Shown: positions 29,145-40,526, numbered from the stretch's first letter. The stretch is DNA of 64,000 nt from an uncultured delta proteobacterium (GCA_963850305.1 CAWKKR010000004.1:320001-384000), one strand, 5' to 3'. Notes: generated by a model from the sequence alone, not told the origin. Numbers and translations: made by a program.

Positions 29145-31016
29145 TCACTCTTCGATCTGCGTGACGTCGCGGACGGCGCCTCGGGCGGCGCTGGTCGTCA
29201 TGGCCGCGTAGGCGCGGAGCGCGACGGACACGCTGCGGTCCCGGTTCGGCTTCCACGCGTTCGCGCCCTTCGCGACCATGGCGGCGCGCCTCCGTTCGAG
29301 CTCCGCGTCCTCGACGACGACGTCGAGCGAGCGAGCGGCGATGTCGATGCGAATCCGGTCGCCTTCCTGGACGAGACCGATCGCTCCCCCCTCCCCGGCC
29401 TCCGGAGAAACGTGGCCGATGCTGAGCCCGCTGGTGCCGCCGCTGAAGCGGCCATCCGTGATCAGCGCGCACGCCTTGCCGAGCCCCTTCCCCTTGAGGA
29501 ATGACGTCGGATAAAGCATCTCCTGCATCCCGGGTCCGCCCTTCGGGCCCTCGTAAACGATGACGAGGACGTCACCCGGCCGGATCGCGTCGGCGAGGAT
29601 CGCGCCGCACGCCGCTTCCTGAGAGTGAAAGACGCGCGCCGGGCCTTCGAACTCGAGGATGTGCGCGTCGACGCCCGCCGTTTTCAGGATGCACCCATCC
29701 TTCGCGACGTTGCCGTAGAGCACCGCGAGACCCCCGTCCTTGCTGTAGGCGTGCTCGACGTCGCGGATGCACCCCTTTTCGCGATCGCGATCCGCCTCGG
29801 CGAAGTATTTGTCTTGCGAGAAGGCGACCTTGGTTGGCACGCCGCCGGGCGCGGCGAGCGCGCGCCGTCCCGCCTTCGACGTGACCTCGACGCGTCGGAT
29901 GTCGTTCGCGTCGATGGCCTCGCCCATGGTCGCCGCGTGCACCGTGCCGACGCCGCGATGAACGAGCCCCGCCCGGTCGAGCTCGCCCAGGATGGAAAAG
30001 ATACCGCCGGCGTGGTGCACGTCTTCCACGTGATAGTGGGACGACGGCGCGACTTTGCAGATGTTCGGCACGCGACGCGAAAGCCGATCGATGTGCTCCA
30101 TACGAAAATCCACGCCGGCCTCGTGCGCGATGGCGAGAATGTGCAGCACCGTGTTCGTGGAGCCGCCCATGGCGATGTCGAGCGCCATGGCATTCTCGAA
30201 CGCCTCGAACGTCGCGATCTTGCGCGGCAGGACGCTCATGTCACCCTCGACGTAACGGCGCTTCGCGAGGTCCACAATTCGCTTTCCGGCGTCCGCAAAG
30301 AGCTCCCACCGCATGGCATGCGTCGCCAGGAGCGTCCCGTTGCCGGGAAGCGCGAGGCCGAGCGCCTCGTTCAAACAGTTCATGCTGTTCGCGGTGAACA
30401 TGCCGGAGCACGAACCGCACGTGGGACATGCGGAGCGCTCCAGGTTCGCCAGATCGGCGTCCGTGACGGCGTCGTCGCTCGACGCGATCATCGCGTCGAT
30501 CAGATCGAGCTTGCGGATGAGCGGCTTGCCGTCGCGGTCGTGGGTCCCGACGATCTTGCCGGCCTCCATCGGCCCGCCCGAGACGAAGATGGTCGGGATG
30601 TCGAGCCGCATGGCGGCCATCAGCATCCCGGGCGTGATCTTGTCGCAGTTCGAGATGCACACGAGCGCATCCGCGCAGTGACCGTTCACCATGTACTCGA
30701 CGCTGTCGGCGATGAGATCCCGGCTCGGCAGCGAATAGAGCATGCCGCCATGGCCCATCGCGATGCCGTCGTCGATCGCGATCGTATTGAACTCGACGCC
30801 CCAGCCTCCGGCCTGGTCGATGACCCCCTTCACCCGTTGCCCAATGTCGTGCAGGTGAACGTGTCCGGGCACGAACTGCGTGAAGCTGTTCGCGATCGCG
30901 ACGATCGGCTTCTCGAAATCCGCGTCGGTCATCCCCGTCGCGCGCCACAGCGCTCGCGCACCGGCCATGTTTCGTCCCGCGGTCGAGGTTCGGCTCCGAT
31001 ATCCAGGTCCAGCCAT
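29145..31016 (-). CDS. ilvD: Dihydroxy-acid dehydratase
   Basis: [60 protein letters not shown]. Confidence 0.96.
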   Translation of the reverse strand: MAGPGYRSRTSTAGRNMAGARALWRATGMTDADFEKPIVAIANSFTQFVPGHVHLHDIGQRVKGVIDQAGGWGVEFNTIAIDDGIAMGHGGMLYSLPSRDLIADSVEYMVNGHCADALVCISNCDKITPGMLMAAMRLDIPTIFVSGGPMEAGKIVGTHDRDGKPLIRKLDLIDAMIASSDDAVTDADLANLERSACPTCGSCSGMFTANSMNCLNEALGLALPGNGTLLATHAMRWELFADAGKRIVDLAKRRYVEGDMSVLPRKIATFEAFENAMALDIAMGGSTNTVLHILAIAHEAGVDFRMEHIDRLSRRVPNICKVAPSSHYHVEDVHHAGGIFSILGELDRAGLVHRGVGTVHAATMGEAIDANDIRRVEVTSKAGRRALAAPGGVPTKVAFSQDKYFAEADRDREKGCIRDVEHAYSKDGGLAVLYGNVAKDGCILKTAGVDAHILEFEGPARVFHSQEAACGAILADAIRPGDVLVIVYEGPKGGPGMQEMLYPTSFLKGKGLGKACALITDGRFSGGTSGLSIGHVSPEAGEGGAIGLVQEGDRIRIDIAARSLDVVVEDAELERRRAAMVAKGANAWKPNRDRSVSVALRAYAAMTTSAARGAVRDVTQIEE

Positions 31017-31099
31017 GCCGTGAACCTAGCTCGAATCCCGCGGATCGCCCAAGCCGCCGCCACCCATTCACGGCCCGCTCGTCACGGCCCGCTCGCGAA

Positions 31100-31360
31100 G
31101 CGAGCCCGCCGAAGGCGGCGGGGGAGCGGTCGCGTAGCGAGCCGCGGGGGTCAAGACCCCCTTGCGAGCGCGAGCCCGCCGAAGGCGGCGGGGGAGCGGT
31201 CGCGTAGCGAGCCGCGGGGGTCAAGACCCCCTTGCGAGCACGAGCCCGCCGAAGGCGGCGGGGGAGCGGTCGCGTAGCGAGCCGCGGGGGTCAAGACCCC
31301 CTTGCGAGCGCGAGCCCGCCGAAGGCGGCGGGGGAGCGGTCGCGTAGCGAGCCGCGGGGG
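31100..31360 (+). repeat. Tandem array of a 70-bp REP-like palindromic unit (~3.7 copies)
   Basis: Unit CGAGCCCGCCGAAGGCGGCGGGGGAGCGGTCGCGTAGCGAGCCGCGGGGGTCAAGACCCCCTTGCGAGC(G/A) starts at 31101, 31171, 31241, 31311. Confidence 0.95.
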
Positions 31361-31414
31361 GTAAGGCTGGCAAGGCCCACCGAGACGTCGCGGCGACCCT
31401 TGCTCGCGATTCCC

Positions 31415-32029
31415 CTAGCCGAGCTCCGCGACGAAGCGACCGATCTCGGCGAGAATCTCGGCGTTCAGCGCGTCCCGGGTCGTTCCTTTTTCGCGGAGGC
31501 GGGTGGCCGTCACTTCGAGCGAGTGGTCACCCCCTTCCACGATGAAGAGCCGGTTTGGCGCGGTCATCCTGGGGAGAACGGCTCCGAGCAGTTCCAGTGG
31601 GCAAAGCGGGTCCCGGGTGCCCTGGATGAACAGCACCGGCGTCCGGAGCGCGACGAGCACTTTGTCCCGGACGGCACCGCGCGGCCCCGCCGCCTTGAGC
31701 GGATATCCGAAGCAGATGAGCCCACTCACCGTCGCCTCCAGCGACGCGTGGCACCCGACGCGACCGCCCATGCTCTTGCCCGCAAGCACGACGGGACCGT
31801 CATGTCCCTTGGCCGCGCCCTCGAGCGCCTCGAGGTGCGCGCGGACGAGTTTCGGCAGCGGATCCGGCGAGCGCCGGTTCTCGTGCATGTACGGGTAATC
31901 GAACGGCGCCACTCGACCGAGCGTTTGGAGTCGTTCCTTCCAGGCCGTCATCCACGCCGACGTGGAGGGCGCACCCGCACCCGGCGCGAACAGGAATAGC
32001 GGCCGCGCCACGTGGCCACTCTCGCGCAT
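31415..32029 (-). CDS. Alpha/beta hydrolase family protein
   Basis: APGAGA, FDYPY, GKSMGGR nucleophile elbow, IQGTRDPL, GGDHS; start may be GTG 32011. Confidence 0.85.
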   Translation of the reverse strand: MRESGHVARPLFLFAPGAGAPSTSAWMTAWKERLQTLGRVAPFDYPYMHENRRSPDPLPKLVRAHLEALEGAAKGHDGPVVLAGKSMGGRVGCHASLEATVSGLICFGYPLKAAGPRGAVRDKVLVALRTPVLFIQGTRDPLCPLELLGAVLPRMTAPNRLFIVEGGDHSLEVTATRLREKGTTRDALNAEILAEIGRFVAELG

Positions 32030-32051
32030 CGCGGCACGGGCGTCGATATGA

Positions 32052-32870
32052 TCAGCGCGAGCTTGCTGCGGCGCAGGCCTTCGCGAGCTCGCCCCACAGC
32101 GCCTGGCGCACGACGAGCGGGATGCCATGTCCCACGCCGTCGAACTCCCGCAGGTCCATCGCGAATCCGAGGGCCGCGAGGCGAGCCGCGGCGAGCCGCG
32201 TGCCGCTCAGCGGAACCCGCGCGTCGACGGTGCCGTGAAACGCCACGATGGGCGGTGCATCTTTCGGCAAGGTCGATGGCCAGAGCGCGTGCGGCAGCCA
32301 GCCACCGACCGGGAACGCAGCACCGATTGACCCCGGGTGCCGCACGCCGACCGCAAAAGTCAACGCGCCGCCTTGCGAGAACCCCATGAGAATCGGCTTT
32401 CCGACCGTCGGGCGCGCCCGCGCCACGCGATCGACGAAGTCCGCAACGACGTCGGCTTCAGCCGCGATGTCGCTCGCGGAATCGTCCGATGGAGGTGGCC
32501 CGCGCGGGGGGAACCAGGCCCAGCCCCTCGAGTAACGGCTAGCCGAGTGCGGCGCGACGACCCGAGCGTCCGCGGGAAACCCGTCGAAGATACCGACGAA
32601 CGACTCGGGCGTGTCGCCGAGCCCGTGGAGCGCGACGATGAGCGGCGCCGGCTCGTCTCCATGAACGTCCCCGGTCGTCACTTCGACGAACGCGAGCGGG
32701 AGAGGCGCGCCGGTTCGGTGACTTGGTGGCGTCGCGGCAGGTTTCGCCCTCGACGAAGGCGCGCCTGGAGCCGACCGACAACCGAGCGCCAGCGCCGCGA
32801 GCGCGACGAGACTGCGGCGCCATCGGCGGCGCGCGACGGGGCGTGTGTCGCGGGCTCTCACGGCCGCCAT
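32052..32870 (-). CDS. Phospholipase/carboxylesterase family lipoprotein
   Basis: Lipobox ALGC, LHGLGD, GFSQGG, HGTVDARVP, GVGH. Confidence 0.85.
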   Translation of the reverse strand: MAAVRARDTRPVARRRWRRSLVALAALALGCRSAPGAPSSRAKPAATPPSHRTGAPLPLAFVEVTTGDVHGDEPAPLIVALHGLGDTPESFVGIFDGFPADARVVAPHSASRYSRGWAWFPPRGPPPSDDSASDIAAEADVVADFVDRVARARPTVGKPILMGFSQGGALTFAVGVRHPGSIGAAFPVGGWLPHALWPSTLPKDAPPIVAFHGTVDARVPLSGTRLAAARLAALGFAMDLREFDGVGHGIPLVVRQALWGELAKACAAASSR

Positions 32871-32877
32871 CGGTCGT

Positions 32878-34341
32878 TCAATGCAGCGACTTCGACTCGG
32901 CCTCGGGGACGATCATGCCGTCGCGAAACTCGCGCACCTGGAGACCCGGAATGCTCACGTTGGTGCCTGTGACGTCCGTGATGACGACTACGGGCTCGCC
33001 GGGGAGCACCCGATTGCGCTGCGCGAGCTTCTCGAGCGCCGTCTGGATGGTCTTCTCGGGCGTGTTCGAAAAATCGATGACGAACGGCACGACGGAGCGA
33101 TTGAGCCAGAGCTTTCTTCTCACGCTGCTCATGTTCGTGAACGCGTAGATCATCGCCGTGCGCGGGCGGTAGCTCGCGACGAGCTGACCGAGAAGGCCGC
33201 GGCGCGTGACGACGACAATCGCGGACGAGCCGAGCGAATCCGCGACGCGGCAAGCCGAACGGGCGATCTCCTCGCGTGCTCCGGCCGGCCGTCGATCGAG
33301 GTAGAAGTCGAGACCCGGCTCGCGCTCGATCCGCTTGGCGATCCCGTCCAGCACCTCGACGCAGCGCACGGGATACTTGCCGCTCGCCGTCTCGCCGCTC
33401 AGCATGATCGCGTCGGCCTGCTCGTAGACGGCGTTCGCGACGTCGGTGACCTCGGCACGCGTCGGCATCGGTGCGTCGCGCATGGACTCGAGAAGGTGCG
33501 TCGCGACGATGACGGGCTTTCCTGCCATGGAACACTCCCGCACGATGCGTCTCTGGATGACGGGCAGCTCCCGAAAATCCACTTCCACGCCGAGGTCACC
33601 GCGCGCGACCATGATGCCGTCGGCGACCTGCAGGATCTCGGAGAAGTTGTCGACGCCCTCCTGATTCTCGATCTTCGCGATGAGCTTGATGTTCGCCTCG
33701 CCCTTGTCGACGATCGCCCGCGCCTCGAGCACGTCGCTCGGCGAGCGTACGAACGACAGTGCGATGAAGTCGAGCTCGTGCTTGACGGCAAACTCGATGT
33801 CGCGCCGGTCCTTGTCGGTGATGGACGGCAGGTTCACGCGGATGCCGGGCAAGTTGATGTGCTTCCGCGAGCCGAGCTTCCCGCCGTCGATGACGCGACA
33901 GAGGAGCCGGTTCTCGTTCACTTCCAGCACCTGAAGATTGATGAGCCCGTTGTCGACGGTGACCTTGTCGCCCGCCTTCAGATCCTTCACGAGGCTCTGA
34001 TAATCGACGTGAACGCTCCGCTCCTCGGGGTCGCTCACTGGACTCACCGAGAGCGAGAACGTCTCCCCCACCTGAAGCTCGACCGCGTGGGTCAGCTCGC
34101 CCGTGCGGATCTCGGGGCCCTGGAGGTCCACGAGGATCGAGATGGGATGGTTCAGCTTCTGGTTCAGGCTCTTGATGCGCCGGATGGCCATCAAGTGCGA
34201 CTCATGAGTGCCGTGCGACATGTTGAGTCGCGCGACATTCATACCGGCCGCCGCCATCTCGTGGAGCGTCTGCGAAGTGTCGCAGGCCGGGCCTATCGTG
34301 CAGATAATCTTCGTGTGCCTGAACGAGCGTCGTTCCGCCAT
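32878..34341 (-). CDS. pyk: Pyruvate kinase
   Basis: TKIICTIGP, RLNMSHG, DLQGPEIRTG, AKIEN, MVARGDLGVE, MLSGETA. Confidence 0.95.
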   Translation of the reverse strand: MAERRSFRHTKIICTIGPACDTSQTLHEMAAAGMNVARLNMSHGTHESHLMAIRRIKSLNQKLNHPISILVDLQGPEIRTGELTHAVELQVGETFSLSVSPVSDPEERSVHVDYQSLVKDLKAGDKVTVDNGLINLQVLEVNENRLLCRVIDGGKLGSRKHINLPGIRVNLPSITDKDRRDIEFAVKHELDFIALSFVRSPSDVLEARAIVDKGEANIKLIAKIENQEGVDNFSEILQVADGIMVARGDLGVEVDFRELPVIQRRIVRECSMAGKPVIVATHLLESMRDAPMPTRAEVTDVANAVYEQADAIMLSGETASGKYPVRCVEVLDGIAKRIEREPGLDFYLDRRPAGAREEIARSACRVADSLGSSAIVVVTRRGLLGQLVASYRPRTAMIYAFTNMSSVRRKLWLNRSVVPFVIDFSNTPEKTIQTALEKLAQRNRVLPGEPVVVITDVTGTNVSIPGLQVREFRDGMIVPEAESKSLH

Positions 34342-34386
34342 CGGGACTCCGGAGTTTCACACGGATCGTCCACCGTGCGCCAATGG

Positions 34387-35331
34387 TCAGTCGAGTATTT
34401 CACTCACGGCCGCATCCGCGTCGACGGCCCCAGGCGCCACGCGGGCCATCGCAAACAAAGGCGCGACCTCCGTCGCGGTCGGGCGTTCGGCTCCCGCGAA
34501 GCCGGCTGTTCGTGCCGCCCAGCCGACGATGGCGCGCGGGTCAGCGCCTCGGTTCCGGAGCTCCTCGAGGCTCAGATCGTCCGCGCGCTTCGCCAGTCGC
34601 CGGCCCGACCTGTCCACCACGAGCGGCACGTGAAAGTGCTCCGGCTGCGCGAGGCCGAGCGCCCGGCGCAGCAGAAACTGGCGCGCCGCGCTCGGCAATA
34701 AATCGTCCCCGCGGACGACTTCGGTGATGCCGTCGGCAGCGTCGTCGACGACGACGGCGAGCTGATACGCGGGCAGCCCGCCCTTGCGCGCGATCGGAAA
34801 GTCCCCGACCTCGGCGCCGACGTCGGTGACGTGCGGCCCGGCGAAGCCGTCCACGAGCGGGATCGGTCCGCCCTCCACGCGAAACCGGAGTGCCGCCGCC
34901 TTGCCCGATGCGCGCTCCGCGTCGGCGACGGTCGTAAAGCGGCCTCTGCACGTCCCGGGATAGCGCGGCTCGGTGTCGCCGAGCTGCGGCGCGCTCGCCG
35001 CGCTGCGGAGATCGCCCCGCGTGCACACGCACGGGTACGCGATGCCGCCCGCGACGAGCCTGTCCGCCGCGTCGCGGATCGCATCGAGCCGCGCCGACTG
35101 CACGACGACCGGGCCGTCCCAGTCGAGCCCGAGCCACTCGAGGTCGCGGAGGATGTGCTCCGCGGCGTGCGGCACGACCCGCGGCGCGTCGAGATCCTCG
35201 ATGCGCATCACGACGCGCCCGCCGCGCGAGCGCGCATGCCACCACGCGAGCAAGAATGTCCGCGCGTGACCGAGGTGCAGCGCGCCGGTGGGGCTGGGCG
35301 CGAGCCGGCCGACGACGGGGCTCAGCGGCAT
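34387..35331 (-). CDS. gluQ: Glutamyl-queuosine tRNA(Asp) synthetase
   Basis: GRLAPSPTGALHLGH, RIEDLD, YPCVCTR, YPGTCR, YQLAVVVDD, VVRGDDL, RLAKR; no anticodon-binding domain. Confidence 0.9.
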   Translation of the reverse strand: MPLSPVVGRLAPSPTGALHLGHARTFLLAWWHARSRGGRVVMRIEDLDAPRVVPHAAEHILRDLEWLGLDWDGPVVVQSARLDAIRDAADRLVAGGIAYPCVCTRGDLRSAASAPQLGDTEPRYPGTCRGRFTTVADAERASGKAAALRFRVEGGPIPLVDGFAGPHVTDVGAEVGDFPIARKGGLPAYQLAVVVDDAADGITEVVRGDDLLPSAARQFLLRRALGLAQPEHFHVPLVVDRSGRRLAKRADDLSLEELRNRGADPRAIVGWAARTAGFAGAERPTATEVAPLFAMARVAPGAVDADAAVSEILD

Positions 35332-36722
35332 GCCTTCTCGAGCTCTTCCGCGACGCGCGCCGCCTCGGCCGCGGTTGGATGTGTCTCGTCGTGTTGCCAG
35401 GACTTGAAGTGCGCGCACGCGGCCTCGAACTTGCCCGCCATGTATTCGCTCTGCGCGAGGTTCTGGAGGACCGTCGGATGCGGCTTCAGTGCATACGCGC
35501 GTCCGAAGAGATCCGCGGCATCGGCGTAGCGTCCAGCGTCGTAGGCGGTCACACCGCGTTTGAACAGGTCGCGCGCCTGTTCGCGGACGACGGCGGGGTC
35601 CACGGGAGCGGCGGGGGGGGGTTTGGTGAGGGAAGGCGGGGGCGGGGGCGGGGGCGGAACGGGAGAGCCAGAGGCAGAGGGGAAGCGGGGGGGCGGGGGC
35701 GGAACGGGAGAGGCAGGGGCAGAGGCAGAGGCAGGGGGAGGAGCAGAGGGTGCGGTTGCGGGGATGGGAGGGGGAGAGGGATTTTGCTGGTGCGGATTTG
35801 CGGGTGGGCTTTCCGGGAGGACGGGGGGCGGCGGTTCGCTCTCGGGCGGCTCCCACGCGACGCTGAGGGCCACACGAGGGGACACGCCGAGCGCGGTGGT
35901 CACGCCGGGGCCGAGGGCGGCGCCGAAGACGAGGTCGCCTTCGCGATAGCGCGCGCCGAGCAGCGCGTCGATCGGCGTCGTGCTTGCGCCGAAGAACGAC
36001 GCGCCGCCGCCCAGGACAGTGAAACCAGTGAGCTCGGGGCCAATCTGCAGTCGATCGTCGAGCAGCTCGATGCCCGCGGCGAGGGCGAACGGAATTGCAG
36101 GGCCGACCTGGGCGTCCACGATGACGCGACGCTCGCGCGCGAGGAATCCGAGGCTCGCTGCGTACACGATGTTCGCGTAGCGCCCGCTCGCCGCGACGTG
36201 GGCGCTCGCGCGGAACGCGCCGTCGCCCGTGAGCGCGCTCGCGCTGCCCGTCGGGAGCCATACGCGGAGCTCCGCCCCGACGTCGAGATGCGGCAGGGAG
36301 TACAGGCGCACGCGCCCCGCGATTCGCGCGTCGCCGAGGCCGGCATGCGGGGGACTCGCCGGGTCGTTTCCACCTTGGAAGGGCACGAAAGGCAAATCCG
36401 CACCAACCAACCCTCTCTTCCCGATCGCGTACGCCCCTCCCAGATCGACGTAGAGCTGCGACGAGACGAGCGTGTGCGTCCCGGTGGGCGTGTCCTCGCG
36501 GAGAAGCGGCCGGTACGCCTCGCTCGCATAGGCCTTCGCGTACCAGACCTCGTCACCCGCGACGTTGCCGTCGGGCGCTACGAAGAATCGGTCCCCCGCG
36601 AGCGTCGTCTGCACGGGCTGCAGCTCGAAGCCGTCCGTCGCGTGGGCGCTGCCGCTCGAGAGCAGCAGCGCGGTCACGCAGAGGGCGCCCCTCCAGTGCG
36701 GGGCTCCGCCGACGGGAACCAT
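35322..36722 (-). CDS. Exported protein: beta-barrel-like N-domain, Pro-rich linker, C-terminal TPR
   Basis: Signal peptide; GLGDARIAGRVRL; poly-Pro; ARDLFKRGVTAYDAGRYADAADLFGRAYAL TPR. Confidence 0.65.
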   Translation of the reverse strand: MVPVGGAPHWRGALCVTALLLSSGSAHATDGFELQPVQTTLAGDRFFVAPDGNVAGDEVWYAKAYASEAYRPLLREDTPTGTHTLVSSQLYVDLGGAYAIGKRGLVGADLPFVPFQGGNDPASPPHAGLGDARIAGRVRLYSLPHLDVGAELRVWLPTGSASALTGDGAFRASAHVAASGRYANIVYAASLGFLARERRVIVDAQVGPAIPFALAAGIELLDDRLQIGPELTGFTVLGGGASFFGASTTPIDALLGARYREGDLVFGAALGPGVTTALGVSPRVALSVAWEPPESEPPPPVLPESPPANPHQQNPSPPPIPATAPSAPPPASASAPASPVPPPPPRFPSASGSPVPPPPPPPPSLTKPPPAAPVDPAVVREQARDLFKRGVTAYDAGRYADAADLFGRAYALKPHPTVLQNLAQSEYMAGKFEAACAHFKSWQHDETHPTAAEAARVAEELEKACR

Positions 36723-36788
36723 GACCTCGATCGCGCGAGTCTCGCCGCCGGCGCGACGAGCCGCAACCTTTTCCCGCCGGAGCGACGC

Positions 36789-37991
36789 TCAGCTCGGCGC
36801 GAGCTCGGCCTTCCGATACACCGCGACGACCGCGGCACCGCCGAGACCGAGGTTGTGCTGCAGGCCGACTTTCGCGCCGGGAACCTGGCGCTTCTGGCTC
36901 AGGCCGCGGATCTGCCAGTTCAGCTCCGCGCATTGCGCGAGGCCCGTCGCGCCGAGGGGATGTCCCTTGGAGATCAAGCCGCCCGACGGATTCACGACCC
37001 ACTTGCCGCCGTACGTGACCGCGCCCGAGTCGATGAGCTCGCCGCCCTTGCCCACGGGACAGAGCCCGAGGCCCTCGTACGTGATGAGCTCGTTGCACGA
37101 GAAGCAATCGTGAAGCTCCACGACGTCCACGTTCTCCGGCCCGAGCCCGCTCTGTTCGTACGCCTTCCGCGCGGCCTTCGCCGTCATGTCGAACCCGACG
37201 AGCTTGATGCAGCTCTTCTCGTCGAAGGTGCTCGGCAAATCCGTCGCCATCGCCATGCCGGCAATTTCGACCGCGGTCTTCTCGAGCCCGTGCTTTCTCA
37301 CGAAGTCCTCGCTCGCGAGCACGGCCGCTCCCGCGCCATCGCTCGTCGGGCAGCACTGGAGCTTCGTGAGCGGGTCGTAGACGACCTTCGCGGCCTTGAT
37401 CTGGTCGAGCGTGTATTCGTCCTGGAACTGCGAATACGGGTTGTTCACCGAGTGACGATGGTTCTTCTCCCCGATCTTCGCGAAGTGGTCCGCGGTCGTT
37501 CCGTAGCGCTCCATGTGCTCGCGCCCCGCGTTGCCGAAGATCTGCGGCGCAGGCGGCGCCGCGCCGTACTCGCGGAGCGTCATCATCAGCAGCATGTGTT
37601 TGTCCATGGGGTTCGTGCGATCCATGAATTTCGCGCCGAGCGACCCCTTCTCCATCTTCTCGAACCCGACGGCCATCGTGCACTCGGCGAGGCCACCCTC
37701 GACGAGCTGCTTCGCGAGGAACAGCGCCGTCGAGCCCGTCGAGCAGTTGTTGTTCACGTTGTAGATTGGGATCCCCGTGAGCCCGAGCTCGTAGACCGCG
37801 CGCTCGCCCGCCGTGGAATCCCCGTAGCAAAAGCCGACCGCGCACTGCTCGATGGCCGAGTATGCGACGCCCGCGTCCGCGAGCGCCATGCCGCCCGCTT
37901 CCTTCACCATGTCCGGGTAATCCCAGTCGCGCCCGCCCGGCTTCTCGAACTTGGTCATGCCCACGCCCACGACGAACACTTTGCGACCCAT
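36789..37991 (-). CDS. SCPx-type thiolase / lipid-transfer protein
   Basis: [62 protein letters not shown]. Confidence 0.92.
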   Translation of the reverse strand: MGRKVFVVGVGMTKFEKPGGRDWDYPDMVKEAGGMALADAGVAYSAIEQCAVGFCYGDSTAGERAVYELGLTGIPIYNVNNNCSTGSTALFLAKQLVEGGLAECTMAVGFEKMEKGSLGAKFMDRTNPMDKHMLLMMTLREYGAAPPAPQIFGNAGREHMERYGTTADHFAKIGEKNHRHSVNNPYSQFQDEYTLDQIKAAKVVYDPLTKLQCCPTSDGAGAAVLASEDFVRKHGLEKTAVEIAGMAMATDLPSTFDEKSCIKLVGFDMTAKAARKAYEQSGLGPENVDVVELHDCFSCNELITYEGLGLCPVGKGGELIDSGAVTYGGKWVVNPSGGLISKGHPLGATGLAQCAELNWQIRGLSQKRQVPGAKVGLQHNLGLGGAAVVAVYRKAELAPS

Positions 37992-38067
37992 GACGAGACT
38001 CCTTTCGTGTCGACGACGGCCTTCGTCATACCATGGAAGGGCGGGCGGCCGCGGCAGCCCCCGATCG

Positions 38068-38880
38068 TCACCGCTCCGCGACGATGTACGCGACCCACGC
38101 AGCGTCCTGGCCGACGCGCGCCCGCGGGCGGAAGACGCCGGTGCCCTCGCCGTCCTCGTCGCCGTCCTCCCAGTACACGGTCGAGCGCGAATACCCGGCT
38201 TCGGCGAGCACTTCGCGGATCTCTGGCAACGTCCAGAGACGCCACTCGTACGTGAACGCGTTCTTCAGCTTCGACCCGCCGGGGAACTCGAAGTGAATGT
38301 GGTTCGTCACGAAGTTGCCGATCGGGTCCACGACGTTCTGGTCCCAGACGTAGGTGAAGCCCTTCAGCTTGCGGCGCTCGCGCATCTCGCGCCAGGACTC
38401 GTAACCGCCGTAAGAGTCGAGGAAGAAGAGCCCGTCCTTCGCCATCGATCGACGCACGCGCGCGAAATACCCGCGCAGCTCGTCCCGCGTACGAAAGACG
38501 AAGTAACTGAAGTTGAGCGCAACCGAGACATCGAAGCGCCCCGGACAGACGTCGCGCACGTCCGCTCGGCGCAGGATCACGCGATCTCCCGGTTCGCCGA
38601 TGGGCGCGAGGTTATGCTTCGTGCCCCACGCGAGCACCTCTCTGTCGAGATCGATCCCGACGGCAGTGCGCCCCCTCCCCTTCACCCACTCGGCGCAGAG
38701 GAGCGCCGTGCCGCAGAAGTCTTCTCGCAGCGTCTCTGCTCGACGCCCGCGCACCTTCCGGAACGTCCGCGACAGGAACGCCGCCTCCGTCTCCACGTCC
38801 TGCACGGACTCCTGATAAAGAAAGTGACGGTCCGAGTTCCTGGCCGTGAGCGGGCGCTTCTTCTTTCGCACTTTGGGCAT
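38068..38880 (-). CDS. Class I SAM-dependent methyltransferase
   Basis: [35 protein letters not shown]. Confidence 0.8.
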   Translation of the reverse strand: MPKVRKKKRPLTARNSDRHFLYQESVQDVETEAAFLSRTFRKVRGRRAETLREDFCGTALLCAEWVKGRGRTAVGIDLDREVLAWGTKHNLAPIGEPGDRVILRRADVRDVCPGRFDVSVALNFSYFVFRTRDELRGYFARVRRSMAKDGLFFLDSYGGYESWREMRERRKLKGFTYVWDQNVVDPIGNFVTNHIHFEFPGGSKLKNAFTYEWRLWTLPEIREVLAEAGYSRSTVYWEDGDEDGEGTGVFRPRARVGQDAAWVAYIVAER

Positions 38881-38916
38881 GGGCGCGGCAGGTTACACCA
38901 GAAGCGCGACGTCGAA

Positions 38917-40275
38917 TCACTTCCGCGACGCAACACATCGGACCGTCTCTGCCCACGTTCCTTCGTCCGTCACCCAGACGACGAGCAGGCCATGGTCGAC
39001 GGACGCAACGGAGACGAAATAGAACGCTTTGGCCGTCGCGAGCGTCTGGCGGCGCGCGCCCGACGGGTCGGCGAGCGATTGCAGCACGAGCTCTTGCTCG
39101 ACGTCGGGCGCTGCGGTCTCCGGCTCCGCGTAGACCAGAACGGGCTCGGCGCAGAGATGCCCGGCCGCCACCGGCGCGGGGTCGATGCCGTTCGGGTAAA
39201 GCGTCCAGGTCGTCTTCGTGTCCATGCTCGGGTTCATCCCGATGTCGAGCCGGGCAATGCCGAACTCGCTGATCGAGCGCTCCTGGGGGATGAAGCCGAA
39301 CAGATCGTGCGCGCCCTGGCGCAGGACGGACATCTCCGTCAGGGGCTGGATCCCGCCGCCGACCCACGCCACCAGATCGTCGCCGAGCACGGGCTTGCCG
39401 TCGGGAAAGCGCACCCTGCGGACGTGCACGGGTGTGAGCGCCATGCGCGCCTGCACGGAGAGGACCAGCACGCCGTCCTCCGTCTGCACGAGCGACACGC
39501 TGTGCGCCGAGTTCCCCTCCGGCGTGAGCAGCTGCGAGTCGGCGCCCTCCGTCCAGAGCTTTGCGCGGAGTGGCGCGTCCTCCTTTTCGGGCCGCACGAT
39601 GTACGCGACGGTCGCCGGTATCTTCGCCACCGTCGTTCCCGGCGCTCTGACCGGCACACCCACCCGCGTCGCGTCGTAAGCATCGCGTGCGAGGATCTCG
39701 AGCGGCCCGAACGCGCCGCTCGCCGGCGCGCGACGCCGCACGAGCTTGCCGTGCGCGATCCAGTAAACGTAGTCGCGAAAGTAGCTCGGTCCGATCGCGA
39801 GACCGAGCGGCGCGGAGTCCAGGGACAGCGGCGCCACTGGCGTCGCTCCGGGAGCGCTCCCGCGGGGGGACCGTTCCAGAGGCGCGAGCAGGAGCCGTTC
39901 GTCCGGCGTATCCCACACCACGCCGAACGGTGTCGCCGCGGCGGGCCCCGCCGGTCCGACCTCGAGCGGCTCGTCCGCGAGAAAGGGCGTCGGCACATGA
40001 GGGCCCTTCGCGGAGCTCGCCGGGCTCGGTGGATGGGTTTGTTGGCGCGTCGTGGAAGCGCCACTCTCACCGCCGCCGTCGCGGTCTCGTCGCCGCCGCG
40101 CGACCGCCGCGCGAGCGGCACGGGCCCGCTCCGCCTCGATCCGGCGTTCCACCTCCGCAATCTTTCGCTCGAGCTCCGCCTTCGTCGGGCCCGGCTTCGG
40201 CGATTCGTGACGGCACCCGATCGCGACCATCGCGACGAGCGTCGCGGCGAACCGGCTCCGGGCACGCTCGGACAT
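38917..40275 (-). CDS. Hypothetical lipoprotein
   Basis: Lipobox AIGC, short coiled coil, beta-rich C-terminal domain. Confidence 0.6.
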   Translation of the reverse strand: MSERARSRFAATLVAMVAIGCRHESPKPGPTKAELERKIAEVERRIEAERARAARAAVARRRRDRDGGGESGASTTRQQTHPPSPASSAKGPHVPTPFLADEPLEVGPAGPAAATPFGVVWDTPDERLLLAPLERSPRGSAPGATPVAPLSLDSAPLGLAIGPSYFRDYVYWIAHGKLVRRRAPASGAFGPLEILARDAYDATRVGVPVRAPGTTVAKIPATVAYIVRPEKEDAPLRAKLWTEGADSQLLTPEGNSAHSVSLVQTEDGVLVLSVQARMALTPVHVRRVRFPDGKPVLGDDLVAWVGGGIQPLTEMSVLRQGAHDLFGFIPQERSISEFGIARLDIGMNPSMDTKTTWTLYPNGIDPAPVAAGHLCAEPVLVYAEPETAAPDVEQELVLQSLADPSGARRQTLATAKAFYFVSVASVDHGLLVVWVTDEGTWAETVRCVASRK

Positions 40276-40526
40276 CCAGGCGAGTCTAGTCGAATCGCGT
40301 CCGGACCCACGACCTCGATGGTCCCGTCCGAGCCCCCGCATCGCTCGAACGGCCCTCGAAGACCCGTCGAAGCGGTTCGAGCCCTGCCTGGCGAAGCCGA
40401 CGTCGTGCAGCGCTGCGGGACCCGGGGTCGGCGGCTGCGACGGCATCTCGCGCGCCCTCGGAGTGCCTTCAAGCCGTCAATCCCAACCAGGGACTCCGAA
40501 GGCGCCCCCCGAAGGCGCGTCGCCGC

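Noticed and set aside
31100..31360. CRISPR array
   Set aside because: Units are identical end to end with no unique spacers, and no cas genes are nearby
30241..31999. ORFs 30241..31224, 31162..31347 and 31232..31999 with repeated ASPPKAAGERSRSEPRG-type peptides
   Set aside because: They are translations of the DNA repeat and of the antisense or alternative frames of real genes
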